Positions 9,209 through 22,095 are shown, counted from the first letter of the stretch. The stretch: DNA of 58,769 nt from Archangium sp. (GCA_031367385.1 JANLPS010000188.1:1-58769); one strand, 5' to 3'. The notes: generated by a model from the letters alone, not told the origin. Program-made: numbers and translations.

Positions 9209-10588
9209 ATGACTTCTTTTTCTCTCAAAGCCTTCGCTCTCGGAGCGGCCCTGGGCTTGGTGTTGGCAGTGGCCCCCTCGTGCGGCGGTGGCGGCGGCGT
9301 GGCGTGCGACCCCTCGACCTGCGCGGCGGGTTGCTGCTCGAACAACGTGTGCCTCGCGGGCACCGCGATCAACGGCTGCGGCAAGGGCGGCCTGGCGTGC
9401 AACACCTGCAGCTCGGGTCAGTCATGCACCAACGGCTCGTGCGGCTCGACCTTCACCGGAGGCGGCCAGGGCGGTGGCGGCGGTACGGGTGGTGGCACCG
9501 GCGGCTGCTCGCCTTCGAACTGCGCGATGGGTTGTTGCTTGAACGGCGCCTGTGCGCCAGGCACGGCGGCTGACAGCTGCGGCACCAGCGGCATGATGTG
9601 CGTCGCGTGCCGTGTCGGTTCAGGCTGCACGAACAAGATGTGCACCGCGGTGGAGCCTTCAGTTGACTCGGGCGTGGTTGATTCGGGCACGATGACCGTC
9701 GACTCGGGCATGACGGCTGACAGTGGCACCGGCAACTGCTCGCCTTCGAACTGCGCGATGGGTTGTTGCTTGAACGGCACCTGTGCGGCGGGCACGGCGG
9801 CTGACAGCTGCGGCACCAACGGCACCATGTGCGTCGCGTGCGGTGTCGGTACGGGCTGCAACAACAAGATGTGCACCGCGGTGATGCCTCCGGTCGACTC
9901 GGGCATCGTTGATTCGGGCACGATGATGGCTGACTCAGGCATGACGGTCGACTCGGGCATGACGGTCGACGCTGGCATGGTCGTCACCTGCAGCCCCGGC
10001 GTCGTGATCAGCCAGGTGTACGGCGCCGGCGGCAACGTTGGTTCGATCTACAAGGCTGACTTCGTGGAGCTCCACAACCGCACGGCGGCCGACGTCGACC
10101 TCTCGGGTTGGTCGATTCAGTACAACAGCGCGACCTCGACGACCCAAGCGTGGAATGTGTACACCCTCGGGAGCGTCATCCCCGCCAACAAGTTCTTGTT
10201 GGTTCAGGTCAGTGTGATTGGCGCCAACGGCACGCTCGACTTGCCGTCACCCTTCGTGACCTCGCCTGACGCCGGCTTCATCGCGCTCAGTGGCTCGTCG
10301 GGCAAAGTGGTGCTCGTCAATTCGGCCCAGCCGCTGGTTGGCGCGTGCCCCTCGTCGGCGAGCATCGTCGACTTCTTGGGTTACGGCCCGACCGCGAACT
10401 GCGCCGACGGCGATGGTGGCTCGCCTGCGCCCATCCTCACGGCGACGACCGCGGCCTTCCGCAATCTGACGGTTGGCAGCCCGCTGGCGTGCGTTGACAC
10501 CAACGTGAACTCGGCTGACTTCTTGACCGCAGCGCCTTCGCCTCGCACCTCGGCGTCGGCCGAGAGCGCCTGCGTCTGCACTCAGTAA
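9209..10588 (+). CDS. Cys-rich repeat lipoprotein with a C-terminal lamin-tail domain (LTD)
   Basis: GGAG RBS, signal ending VAPSC, three 8-Cys modules, DSG linker, and LTD motif VVISQVYG..ADFVELHNR..DLSGWSIQY. Confidence 0.82.
   Translation: MTSFSLKAFALGAALGLVLAVAPSCGGGGGVACDPSTCAAGCCSNNVCLAGTAINGCGKGGLACNTCSSGQSCTNGSCGSTFTGGGQGGGGGTGGGTGGCSPSNCAMGCCLNGACAPGTAADSCGTSGMMCVACRVGSGCTNKMCTAVEPSVDSGVVDSGTMTVDSGMTADSGTGNCSPSNCAMGCCLNGTCAAGTAADSCGTNGTMCVACGVGTGCNNKMCTAVMPPVDSGIVDSGTMMADSGMTVDSGMTVDAGMVVTCSPGVVISQVYGAGGNVGSIYKADFVELHNRTAADVDLSGWSIQYNSATSTTQAWNVYTLGSVIPANKFLLVQVSVIGANGTLDLPSPFVTSPDAGFIALSGSSGKVVLVNSAQPLVGACPSSASIVDFLGYGPTANCADGDGGSPAPILTATTAAFRNLTVGSPLACVDTNVNSADFLTAAPSPRTSASAESACVCTQ
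9492..9953 (+). repeat. 231-bp (77-aa) internal tandem duplication
   Basis: Near-identical blocks start at 9492 and 9723. TGCTCGCCTTCGAACTGCGCGATGGGTTGTTGCTTGAACGGC occurs at 9506 and 9737. Confidence 0.9.
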
Positions 10589-10616
10589 TTCGCGGACGCT
10601 GAAGCCTCAGCTTCAA

Positions 10617-10650
10617 GGCCGGTCAGAGCATCGCCTCTGGCCGGCCGTTT
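10617..10650 (+). terminator. Probable terminator or stabilising hairpin between the LTD paralogues
   Basis: GGCCGGTCAGAG / CTCTGGCCGGCC stem (one G-U pair) followed by GTTT. Confidence 0.6.
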
Positions 10651-10690
10651 CATTGAAAAACCTCACCTTTCCCCCTTTCGGAGCTGCACC

Positions 10691-11965
10691 ATGACGTCGT
10701 CTCTCCCCTTCAAAGCGTTTGCGATTGGCGCAGCCCTCGGGCTGGTGTTGGCGGTCGCTCCGTCGTGCGGTTCATCAGCGGGCACCTGCGGCCCCGACAA
10801 CTGCAGCTCGGGTTGCTGCTCGAACAACGTCTGCTTGAGCGGCAACATCGCAGCTCAATGCGGCAAGGGCGGAGCGCAGTGCACCAGCTGCGCGGCGGGC
10901 CAGTCATGCGCGACCGGCAGCTGCGGTTCGACCTTCACCGGCGGCGGTCAGGGCGGCGGCGGCAACACCGGCGGAGGCTCCGGCGGTGGCGGCGGCTCGA
11001 GCACCTGCAGCCCTTCGAATTGCCAGACCGGTTGCTGCTTTCGCAACTCATGCTTCACCGGCCGGGCGATCGACGCCTGCGGCACGATGGGCATCGAGTG
11101 CAAGGTGTGCCCCGACAACAACGTCTGCACCACCGGCGCGTGCGAAGCGCGACCTGACGCGGGCAGCACCGTCACCGACTCCGGCGTCACCGTGAATGAC
11201 TCGGGCGTCACCGTCACTGACTCGGGCACCACCGTCACCGACTCGGGCGTCACCACCACCGATTCGGGAACCACCGTGACCGACTCGGGCACCACCGTGA
11301 ACGACGCGGGCGTGAGGGACTCAGGCATGGGCTCGGTCGACGCGGGCCCCTTCGATGCGGGCACCTTCGGCGGCGACGGCGGCATGTGCCACCCCAACGT
11401 GGTGCTCAGCCAGGTGTACTTCACCAGCGGCTACTCCGATGGCATCAACGCTGACTTCGTCGAGCTTCACAACCGCAGCAGCATCGACGTGAACTTGAAC
11501 GGCTGGTCGATTCAAATGGCGACCAACAACAACAGCAGCTGGGCCGTCGTCGCGCTCACCGGTACCCTGCCCGCGTACGGCTGGTACCTGGTGCAAGGCA
11601 AGGTCGGCAGCAACGGCACCGCGTTGGTGGCTCCGTACCTGGTGGGCGGCGATGGGCTCGACCTGGGCACCAGCAACAGCGGCACGAAAATCGCGCTCGT
11701 CTCGTCGACCACTGCGCTGACCACCGCATGCCCCGTGGGCGGCGCGACGGTCGTCGATTTCATGGCATACGGCGACTTCGCCTCATGCTGGGAGGGCGCG
11801 CCGTCGAACTCGCGAACCTTGGGCATCTTCTCGCCGCATGGCGACTCGTACAAACGCAACAACGAGGGCTGCCAAGACCAGAACCTGACCGCCACCGACT
11901 GGGCCGAAGCCACCGCCGTGCCGCGCACCGCCAGCACGCAGGGCAACATCTGCGGCTGCCAGTAA
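10691..11965 (+). CDS. Cys-rich repeat lipoprotein with a lamin-tail domain, paralogue of 9209-10588
   Basis: Nearly identical signal peptide (ALGLVLAVAPSCG), two Cys modules, TDSG heptad repeats, and LTD motif VLSQVY..ADFVELHNR..NLNGWSIQ. Confidence 0.82.
   Translation: MTSSLPFKAFAIGAALGLVLAVAPSCGSSAGTCGPDNCSSGCCSNNVCLSGNIAAQCGKGGAQCTSCAAGQSCATGSCGSTFTGGGQGGGGNTGGGSGGGGGSSTCSPSNCQTGCCFRNSCFTGRAIDACGTMGIECKVCPDNNVCTTGACEARPDAGSTVTDSGVTVNDSGVTVTDSGTTVTDSGVTTTDSGTTVTDSGTTVNDAGVRDSGMGSVDAGPFDAGTFGGDGGMCHPNVVLSQVYFTSGYSDGINADFVELHNRSSIDVNLNGWSIQMATNNNSSWAVVALTGTLPAYGWYLVQGKVGSNGTALVAPYLVGGDGLDLGTSNSGTKIALVSSTTALTTACPVGGATVVDFMAYGDFASCWEGAPSNSRTLGIFSPHGDSYKRNNEGCQDQNLTATDWAEATAVPRTASTQGNICGCQ
11168..11314 (+). 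repeat. 21-bp in-frame tandem repeat x7 (TVTDSG[V/T])
   Basis: ACCGTCACCGACTCCGGCGTC-like units are read directly. Confidence 0.88.
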
Positions 11966-11974
11966 GCACGCCTT

Positions 11975-12050
11975 AAAAAGGGGACAGGCTACTTTTTCTG
12001 GTCTTGGCCCAAGGAGGCCCTGCCCCAGAAAAGTAGCCTGTCCCCTTTTT
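11975..12050. repeat. REP/REPIN-like inverted repeat, possibly also a bidirectional terminator
   Basis: Perfect 22-bp arms AAAAAGGGGACAGGCTACTTTT (11975-11996) and AAAAGTAGCCTGTCCCCTTTTT (12029-12050). They extend by CTGG/CCAG with one bulge and contain the GTAG tetranucleotide. Confidence 0.75.
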
Positions 12051-12068
12051 GTGGTATCGGGCGGGGCA

Positions 12069-13004
12069 ATGTGGGTCGTTCGAAAGAACCTGTCATGGCT
12101 GCAGATGCTGTTCACCGGCGGCAAGTCGTTGCCGCACACGCTCGAGCGCGTCGGGTTCGCCACCCTGCTCAGCATCGGGGTGACCTTTCTGCACGAGCGT
12201 TTTCCCGCGCATTTTCCCGAGCTGACGCAGACGCCGTTCATGCTGATCGGCTTGCCGCTGGGCATCTTCTTGGGCTTTCGAAACACGGCGGCCTACGACC
12301 GATTCTGGGAGGGCCGCAAGCTGTGGGGAGGGCTGGTCAACGTGAGCCGCACCCTGGGCCGGCAGATCATGACCGTGCCCACTGAGACCGTGACCCTCGC
12401 CTCGAGGCAAGAGGCCAGCCGCCACGTCGCCGCGTTTGCGCACGCGCTGCGCACCCGGCTGCGTGACCAACAGCACGACGACACGGAGCGATTGCTCGAC
12501 GGCGACAGCAAGCCCGCGCTCACCCAGTGGCTCGCGTCAGGCTCGAGCGCGCCCCTGTTTCTGCTCGATGGCTTGGCCAGGCGCTTCGCACAGTGGCGCA
12601 CCCAAGGTCAGCTGAGCGACGTGGCCTGGGTGCCGCTCGAGCAGAGCCTGATCACGATGACCGACATTCTCGGCGCCTGCGAGCGCATCAAGAACACACC
12701 GATACCGTATTCGTACACGGTGCTGATGCACCGCATCGTCGCGCTCTATTGCGTGCTGCTGCCGCTGGGCATCGCGGGCGCCGTGAAGGAGATGACGCCG
12801 GTGGTGGTGTTCTTCGTCTCGTATGCGCTGTTCGGCCTCGACGCGATCGGCGAAGAAATCGAGCAGCCCTTCGGGCACGACCCCAACGACTTGCCGCTCT
12901 CGCGCTTGTGCAAAGTCATCGAGACCGACCTGACGAACATCTCGGGGCAGACCGCGATGACCGACAGCGTGTCTCCGGGAGAGCTCTCGGGCGTCGAGCT
13001 GTAA
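12069..13004 (+). CDS. Bestrophin-family anion channel (YneE-like)
   Basis: IFLGFRNTAAYDRFWEGRKLWG, ACERIKNTPIP and IGEEIEQPFGHDPNDLPL. Confidence 0.92.
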   Translation: MWVVRKNLSWLQMLFTGGKSLPHTLERVGFATLLSIGVTFLHERFPAHFPELTQTPFMLIGLPLGIFLGFRNTAAYDRFWEGRKLWGGLVNVSRTLGRQIMTVPTETVTLASRQEASRHVAAFAHALRTRLRDQQHDDTERLLDGDSKPALTQWLASGSSAPLFLLDGLARRFAQWRTQGQLSDVAWVPLEQSLITMTDILGACERIKNTPIPYSYTVLMHRIVALYCVLLPLGIAGAVKEMTPVVVFFVSYALFGLDAIGEEIEQPFGHDPNDLPLSRLCKVIETDLTNISGQTAMTDSVSPGELSGVEL

Positions 13005-13014
13005 CCGGCAAGGC

Positions 13015-13983
13015 TTAGAACTGCACGCCGCCGCCGACCATCGCCCCGCCCGGCACCGGTGAGAAGCTGAAGCTGGGTTTGAGTGGCGACTCGCGCACCA
13101 CGGCCGAGTGGCTGAGCTCGAGCCCGATGATGGGGCCCAGCAGCAGCGCCAAGAACGCCGAGCCGGTCAACAAGGCCCCTTGCTGCGAGCTGTAGAACGG
13201 TGAAAACCCGGCGTTGGTCACCGCGATGACCGGCGCCGCGACGGCCGCCAGCACACCCAGGGCGATCGCCAAGCCCAGAAACGCCGACCCCACAGTGCCC
13301 TTGCCATCGAGCGCCGAATGAACGCCCCAGGCCGCCAACGGCATCGCGCCCAGCACCAGCACGCCGCTGATGACGCCGGCGGTGGTGTTGACCAGCCCGA
13401 GCAGCAGGCTCAAGAACGAGCCCGCGATGCCGATGCCGACCGAGGCTCCGAACGAAGCCCACAGCCGCGCCCCGGTACCGTGCCCGGTGGGAGGCAGGTC
13501 GACCAGGCTGTGGTCACGCCAATCGAGCGCGATGGCCATGATGAAGGTAGTCAGGCCCGCGACGCCCGCCACGTAGGGGAACAGCGCGGTCGGCGCGACG
13601 CCCGTGCCCTCGGCGAAGCCGAGCATGAGCATGCCCAACAGCGACCCCAGGCCGGCGCCAATTGCGGCAAAGGGGTACTCCGCTTCACCGCCGAAGAGGT
13701 GATGCCCGAAGTACGCGCCGAGGCCCGCCACCAGCGGCATGATGCCCAGCGAGAAGTTCTGAAACGAGCTGGTGCAGGTAATCGCCACACTGGTGCAATT
13801 GGGAGCGCTGATCGCCAACGGAATGGCGATGCCGATGGCACCGCCGACCAGGGCACCGACGAAGCGCTTGACCCGCTGCGAATCGAGGGTCACGCCGTCA
13901 GGCTCGGCGGGCGTCACCGTGGGCGCAGGGTCACCCGTGTGAAGCACCGCCAGCAGCGTCAACGTCGTCAGCACACCCGGCAC
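13015..13983 (-). CDS. Hypothetical Gly-rich multi-pass membrane protein with a terminal beta-strand ending in Phe
   Basis: Signal-like N-terminus, many GxxxG helices, and C-terminus PVPGGAMVGGGVQF. Confidence 0.65.
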   Translation of the reverse strand: MPGVLTTLTLLAVLHTGDPAPTVTPAEPDGVTLDSQRVKRFVGALVGGAIGIAIPLAISAPNCTSVAITCTSSFQNFSLGIMPLVAGLGAYFGHHLFGGEAEYPFAAIGAGLGSLLGMLMLGFAEGTGVAPTALFPYVAGVAGLTTFIMAIALDWRDHSLVDLPPTGHGTGARLWASFGASVGIGIAGSFLSLLLGLVNTTAGVISGVLVLGAMPLAAWGVHSALDGKGTVGSAFLGLAIALGVLAAVAAPVIAVTNAGFSPFYSSQQGALLTGSAFLALLLGPIIGLELSHSAVVRESPLKPSFSFSPVPGGAMVGGGVQF

Positions 13984-14004
13984 TGTACGCGAGTGCCGGG
14001 CGGA

Positions 14005-14637
14005 TCAGGACGACTTGTCGCCTTCGGTGACGGTTGCGCCCGTACGCTCGAGCAGCTCCCGGTACCAGGCGAGCGTGGCGGCGGTCTTGCCCGGCAGCGC
14101 GGTGGTGCCCCAGATGATGCTCAGGGTCTGGGTGGTCTCTGGCGTCGTCTTCGTGCGTTGCGAGTCTTTGACCGCGTTGGCGCACGGCCCTTCGGCGTCG
14201 AACAGACAGAGCAGCCCGGCGAGGTCGATGCGGTGGCCCGACGCGTTGAACACGTAGCTGCTGCCTGCCGGGGCGACTCCGATTCGAAACGGCGCTTTGG
14301 CCCGGCTCAAGTCGACGACGCTGATCGGCAGCCCCGAATGCAGCGACACCGCGTTGCACACATCGACCGCCAGGTTGATGGCCGAGAGCGCGCCCTCGGT
14401 GACCGCGCGCACCAGATATTCTGACGCCGGTTTGCCGCGGCCGGTCGGTTTGTAGCCCCCGTGTCGCAGCAGGTCACGCACGTGACCGCGCACCGCATCG
14501 TCAGCGGTCACCGGTGCCACGGCTCCCACGGTGAGCAAGCCGAGCACCCGCTCGTCGGGCCCGAAGGCCTTCAGCGCTTTCGAAAATTCGGTGCGCAGCA
14601 GGCCCGCGTCGAGCAGCGGGTGCGGGTCGACCATCAT
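14005..14637 (-). CDS. Stand-alone B3/4 domain protein (PheRS-beta editing domain-like)
   Basis: YKPTGRGKPASEYLVR and INLAVDVCNAVSLHSGLPISVVD. Confidence 0.85.
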   Translation of the reverse strand: MMVDPHPLLDAGLLRTEFSKALKAFGPDERVLGLLTVGAVAPVTADDAVRGHVRDLLRHGGYKPTGRGKPASEYLVRAVTEGALSAINLAVDVCNAVSLHSGLPISVVDLSRAKAPFRIGVAPAGSSYVFNASGHRIDLAGLLCLFDAEGPCANAVKDSQRTKTTPETTQTLSIIWGTTALPGKTAATLAWYRELLERTGATVTEGDKSS

Positions 14638-14978
14638 CCCGGTGGCCAGGTGAGCTGGCGGCCGGCCAGCAGGTGCAGGTGAATGTGAAACACCGTCTGC
14701 CCGGCGTCGCTGTTGCAGTTCATCACCACGCGGTACCCCGCGTCGGCGAGGCCCTTTTCACGGGCGAAGACGCTGGCGCTGTGCACGAGGTGGCCGACGA
14801 GCTCGCTGTCTTCAGGCGTCAAGTCGTTGAGGGTCGAGAGGTGACGGCGCGGTATGAACAGCGCGTGGGTCGGCGCCTGGGGGTTGATGTCGAGAAAGCC
14901 GACGCACTTCTCGTCTTGGTGAATCAGCTTCGCGGGTATCTGGCCCGAGGCGATTTTGCAGAACAAGCAATCAGACAT
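14634..14978 (-). CDS. hinT: Histidine triad nucleotide-binding protein (HinT-like)
   Basis: DCLFCKI, DINPQAPTH and GQTVFHIHLHLL. Confidence 0.92.
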   Translation of the reverse strand: MSDCLFCKIASGQIPAKLIHQDEKCVGFLDINPQAPTHALFIPRRHLSTLNDLTPEDSELVGHLVHSASVFAREKGLADAGYRVVMNCNSDAGQTVFHIHLHLLAGRQLTWPPG

Positions 14979-15792
14979 GCGGCTTCGTATAGTTCAGCAC
15001 GGTCAGCGGGTCACCGACTCGCAGCGTGCCAGTGGAGGCCGTGGGCACCAGGTTCATGCCGAAGATGGCTCCCAGCTGGGGCATCGTTCGATAGGCCGCG
15101 AGGGTCTTGAGGGGCTCGGGGCCGCTGGGGTGCTCTGCGGTGAGCTGATCGGTCGTGATCACCACGCAGCGGGCGCACGGCTTGACCGCGTCGAGCGTCA
15201 CTGCGCCCAACGTGAGCCGCGCCCACCCGTCTTCGGCCCAGGCTGACGGCCCCTGCACCACCACGTTGGGTCGAAACCGGTTCATTGGCACCGGCGTGCG
15301 CAGCCGCGAGTTGAGCTCGGCCAGCGAGGCTTCGTTGGCGATCAACACCGGGTACGCGTCGGCGAAGCCGGTCTGCGCGTTGGCATCGCTCACGTACTTC
15401 GGGTCAAGCCGGCGGTGCGCGTCGTCGGCCATTCGCACCAGGCGGCAGGGGTGCCCAAGCGCGGTTGAACAAAAGGCCGCCGCGGCATCACCGCAATCAA
15501 TCGCGTCGAACTGGTCGCGCCACACCGTGACCGGCCGTCGACCCGCGTCGGCATCGAGTGGCACGTGGAGGTGCTGACCGGTCGCGTCTCGAATCACCAG
15601 GGCGTCTTCGGTGAGCGTTGGCTCGAGCAGCGCGAGCCTGGGGGTCTTGCGCTGAGTCATGAACAGGCCCGCCTCGTCGACGAGCATCCAGTTTCGGTCG
15701 AAGCGGGGGCCTCTGGCGCTCAGCTCGAACGAGCTGACCTGCGTGCCGCGCATCGACTTCACCGGGTAGACGAACAGACCGGTAATCTTCAC
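14971..15792 (-). CDS. MOSC domain protein (YcbX/mARC-like, no ferredoxin domain)
   Basis: VYPVKSMRG, DRNWML, GFADAYP, RFRPNVVV and VKPCARC. GTG start overlaps the upstream stop. Confidence 0.9.
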   Translation of the reverse strand: MKITGLFVYPVKSMRGTQVSSFELSARGPRFDRNWMLVDEAGLFMTQRKTPRLALLEPTLTEDALVIRDATGQHLHVPLDADAGRRPVTVWRDQFDAIDCGDAAAAFCSTALGHPCRLVRMADDAHRRLDPKYVSDANAQTGFADAYPVLIANEASLAELNSRLRTPVPMNRFRPNVVVQGPSAWAEDGWARLTLGAVTLDAVKPCARCVVITTDQLTAEHPSGPEPLKTLAAYRTMPQLGAIFGMNLVPTASTGTLRVGDPLTVLNYTKPHV

Positions 15793-16706
15793 TGCGCGGG
15801 CACCACGGTCTTCGCCTCGAGCGCCTTGCCGAACGAGCGCATCACCCGGGCGTGCGCGAGGGCTTGGGTCGCGCGGTACACCGGCCAGGGCAGCGACGGC
15901 GCGAAGTCGATCAACGCCACGCTGAACGAGCCATCGCGGAGCACCCGAAATTCGAATCGGCCGCGCGCCTCGGAGACGAGGGCACCGCCGACCACGTCGA
16001 GCACGAAACACTCAGGCTCGGAGCGACCAGGGCTGTGCCGCAAGATCAACGCGTCGACACCCAGGCAGCTGATGAGCCAGGTCTGCTCGACCCGCTCGAC
16101 CCCCAGCAACGGCACTGCGCTCGGCAGCCACTCGAAGTAGGCGCGGGCCAAGGCCGCGGCACTGGCCTCGGCTTGCCGCTCGAAGCGCTGAATCGACCAC
16201 ACCCGAGAGGGCCTGGGGCCCAGGGGCACTTCGTCGTCGCTGGAGGACCACGCCGGCAACACCCGGTCTTGAGGCTCGTTGATCAGCTCGACCAGGGCCG
16301 CGACCGGGTCGGGGCCTCCGCCGCGCAAGACCGAGGTCTTGATGCCGCTCGCTCGCAGAATCGCCTCGCGCGGGTCGTTCTCGCCGCAGGCAAAAAAGAC
16401 CAGGTGCGCTGCTCCAACGCGAGAGGCCGCGCGCGAGATGGAGTCGGCCATCAGCAGGTCGAGGTCGACGGTGGCTCCCTGGGTCAGGCGGGCCGGCGAC
16501 TTGGCCACCTTGGCGAGAAACACCACGGTGTGCGCTCCGGCGAGCGCGATTTCAGCCTCGGCGATCGAGGTCAAGTCGCACCTCCACGCGGGGGGCGGGG
16601 CTGAGGTGGTCAACACCCGCACGTCGAAATCACCCCCAAGCGCGGTCTGGAGCAACGTGCCCAGCCGGCCCGAACCTCCAGCGATGACGAGACGGCGTTG
16701 GGTCAT
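15789..16706 (-). CDS. NAD(P)H-binding Rossmann-fold protein (atypical epimerase/SDR-like)
   Basis: VIAGGSGRLG dinucleotide-binding motif. ATG overlaps the upstream stop. Confidence 0.65.
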   Translation of the reverse strand: MTQRRLVIAGGSGRLGTLLQTALGGDFDVRVLTTSAPPPAWRCDLTSIAEAEIALAGAHTVVFLAKVAKSPARLTQGATVDLDLLMADSISRAASRVGAAHLVFFACGENDPREAILRASGIKTSVLRGGGPDPVAALVELINEPQDRVLPAWSSSDDEVPLGPRPSRVWSIQRFERQAEASAAALARAYFEWLPSAVPLLGVERVEQTWLISCLGVDALILRHSPGRSEPECFVLDVVGGALVSEARGRFEFRVLRDGSFSVALIDFAPSLPWPVYRATQALAHARVMRSFGKALEAKTVVPAQ

Positions 16707-17119
16707 TTGGCTTTGACGCGATTGTTCTTCGGGAGGTGCTCGAGCTCGACCAGGCCCAGCGCCTCGAGCACAGGCGGCACATATACGCCGAAACGGCCGC
16801 GGAGCCCCTTCTTGATGCCGTACCAGCCCTTCACCGGGTTGTTGGCAGAGCGACCCCACCCTTCGACGGTGCCCTCGACCGCCGGCTTCTGCTCATCGGC
16901 GCCGCCCAGGGCGACCCAATCTCCGTTCTTCTTGAGCATGGCGTGCAGGTCATCGATGCAGCGCAGGTGGTAGCGCAGCTCGGTCTTGCCGACCTTGACC
17001 ACCAGGGCGGGTGGGTCGAGCGACTCGTCTCTCCAGGCCTCGTACTCAGCGCTGCCTGGCGGGGTCTTCAACTTCCACGGGGCTTCGGGGGTGCCTGCGG
17101 CGGTTTTCTTGGCGGCCAT
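16703..17119 (-). CDS. Conserved hypothetical protein (DUF6855-like)
   Basis: WKLKTPPG, ADEQKPA, NPVKGWYG and RGRFGVY, with strong codon bias. The family name is from memory. Confidence 0.7.
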   Translation of the reverse strand: MAAKKTAAGTPEAPWKLKTPPGSAEYEAWRDESLDPPALVVKVGKTELRYHLRCIDDLHAMLKKNGDWVALGGADEQKPAVEGTVEGWGRSANNPVKGWYGIKKGLRGRFGVYVPPVLEALGLVELEHLPKNNRVKAK

Positions 17120-17143
17120 TGATGGGGTCTCGTTGGGTTCGGG

Positions 17144-17641
17144 CTACTGTTTTTCTGCTTCGGTCTTCAGGTCGCGGGCGAACGCTTCGAAGCTCGCGCG
17201 CTGATCAGGCAAGCTGCCCGAGATCATCTTCAGCATCGGCCCTGAGAAGATCTCAGACATCGCGAAGGTGGTCGCCCCGCCGGCGGTGGGCGTGGCGCGA
17301 AAGCTGCGCACGCCTCGAAACAAGCCGAAGGGCATGCCGTCTTCCCACGTCATGGTGTCGGGGCCGAGAGCGCTGACCGCGAGCTTGAAGGTGCGCTTGG
17401 GCGAGAGCTTCGAGACCAATGTGATCTTCTGGCCAAGGGCGATGGTGCCTTCGAGCGAGACGAGCGTCGAGTTCCATCGGGTGTAGTCAGAGGCGCGGGT
17501 GAGCACCTCCATCACGCGCTTGGGCGAGGCTTTGATCTCGATGGCGACCTGGCAGGCGAGAAAGCCGCCCTCTTTGAGCTCGCGGCCCGTACCGTCGGCA
17601 GTGAGGCGTTCGAAGTCTGGAGTCTGTCGGATGATTGGCAT
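17144..17641 (-). CDS. SRPBCC (START-like) domain protein
   Basis: IEIKASPKRVMEVLT..YTRWN, TWEDGMPFGLFRGVRSF and MSEIFSG. Confidence 0.82.
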   Translation of the reverse strand: MPIIRQTPDFERLTADGTGRELKEGGFLACQVAIEIKASPKRVMEVLTRASDYTRWNSTLVSLEGTIALGQKITLVSKLSPKRTFKLAVSALGPDTMTWEDGMPFGLFRGVRSFRATPTAGGATTFAMSEIFSGPMLKMISGSLPDQRASFEAFARDLKTEAEKQ

Positions 17642-17721
17642 GGCGCGGAGGGAACGAGTCAGCCCCAAGAAAGGAATCGGTGCACGGGTTCTTTTTCAAA
17701 AAACCGTGTCAAAACGCGCGC

Positions 17722-18587
17722 ATGGCACCCCTCGACCTGCAACCGCTGACCTCGGGCCGCACGTCTTTCATGCAGTGGGTTGATGAATTTCGGCCCGGTT
17801 TGCACCGCTACTGCGCCCGAATGATGGGCTCGGCCATCGACGGTGAAGACGTGGTGCAGGAGGCCCTGGCCAAGGCCTACTACCAGCTCTCGCTGAGCGT
17901 CTCGGTGCCTGAGCTCAAGCCCTGGCTGTTGCGAATCGCGCACAACACCGCGCTCGATCACCTCAAGCGCTATGAGCGGGTGAATGCCGAGCCCATCGAT
18001 GACCGCGATGATCTGCCGGCGAACGACGATGGTACCGACCCGGCTGCGGTGCGGGCCGCGCTGGCGAGCTTTCTCGATTTGCCAGTGCTGCAGCGGAGCA
18101 CGGTGATTCTCAAAGACGTGCTCGGCTTCTCGAACGAAGAGATCGCCAAGACGCTGAAGACGACGGTGCCGGCGGTGAAATCGGCGTTGGCGCGCGGCCG
18201 GGGCACCCTGCGTGCGGCGCCCAAGACCACGCGCGCTGCGCCCACCCTGACGCCCACGTTGCGCACCACGCTCGATCAATACGTCTCACGCTTCAACGCC
18301 CGAGATTGGGATGGGTTGCGAGCGCTGTTGGCCAGCGAGGTCGAGCTCGATCTGGTGGCCCGGGCATCGCGCCGCAACGACGAAGTCAGCCAATACTTCG
18401 GCAACTACGCGAAGGAGAATGTCACCCTGCAGCTGGGCCAGGTCGATGGCCAGGCGGTGCTCGGGGTCTTTGGGCCTGTGTTGCTGCACGTGATTCGGCT
18501 GACGGTGGTGCCCGACGGCATCAGCTTCATTCGCGACTACCGGTACGCGAAATACATGTCTGAAGACGTGGTCTTCACGCCCCTGCT

Positions 18588-18591
<4 letters not shown>
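17722..18591 (+). CDS. ECF sigma-70 factor with a SnoaL-like C-terminal extension
   Basis: Region 2 LHRYCARMMGS..DGEDVVQE and WLLRIAHN; region 4 LKDVLGFSNEEIA..TVPAVKSALARGR; extension YVSRFNARDWDGLRALL. Confidence 0.88.

Positions 18592-22095
<3,504 letters not shown>

Noticed and set aside
5565..11314. Tandem repeats considered as a possible CRISPR array
   Set aside because: All are in-frame coding repeats (72, 231 and 21 bp) without unique spacers, and no cas genes are present.
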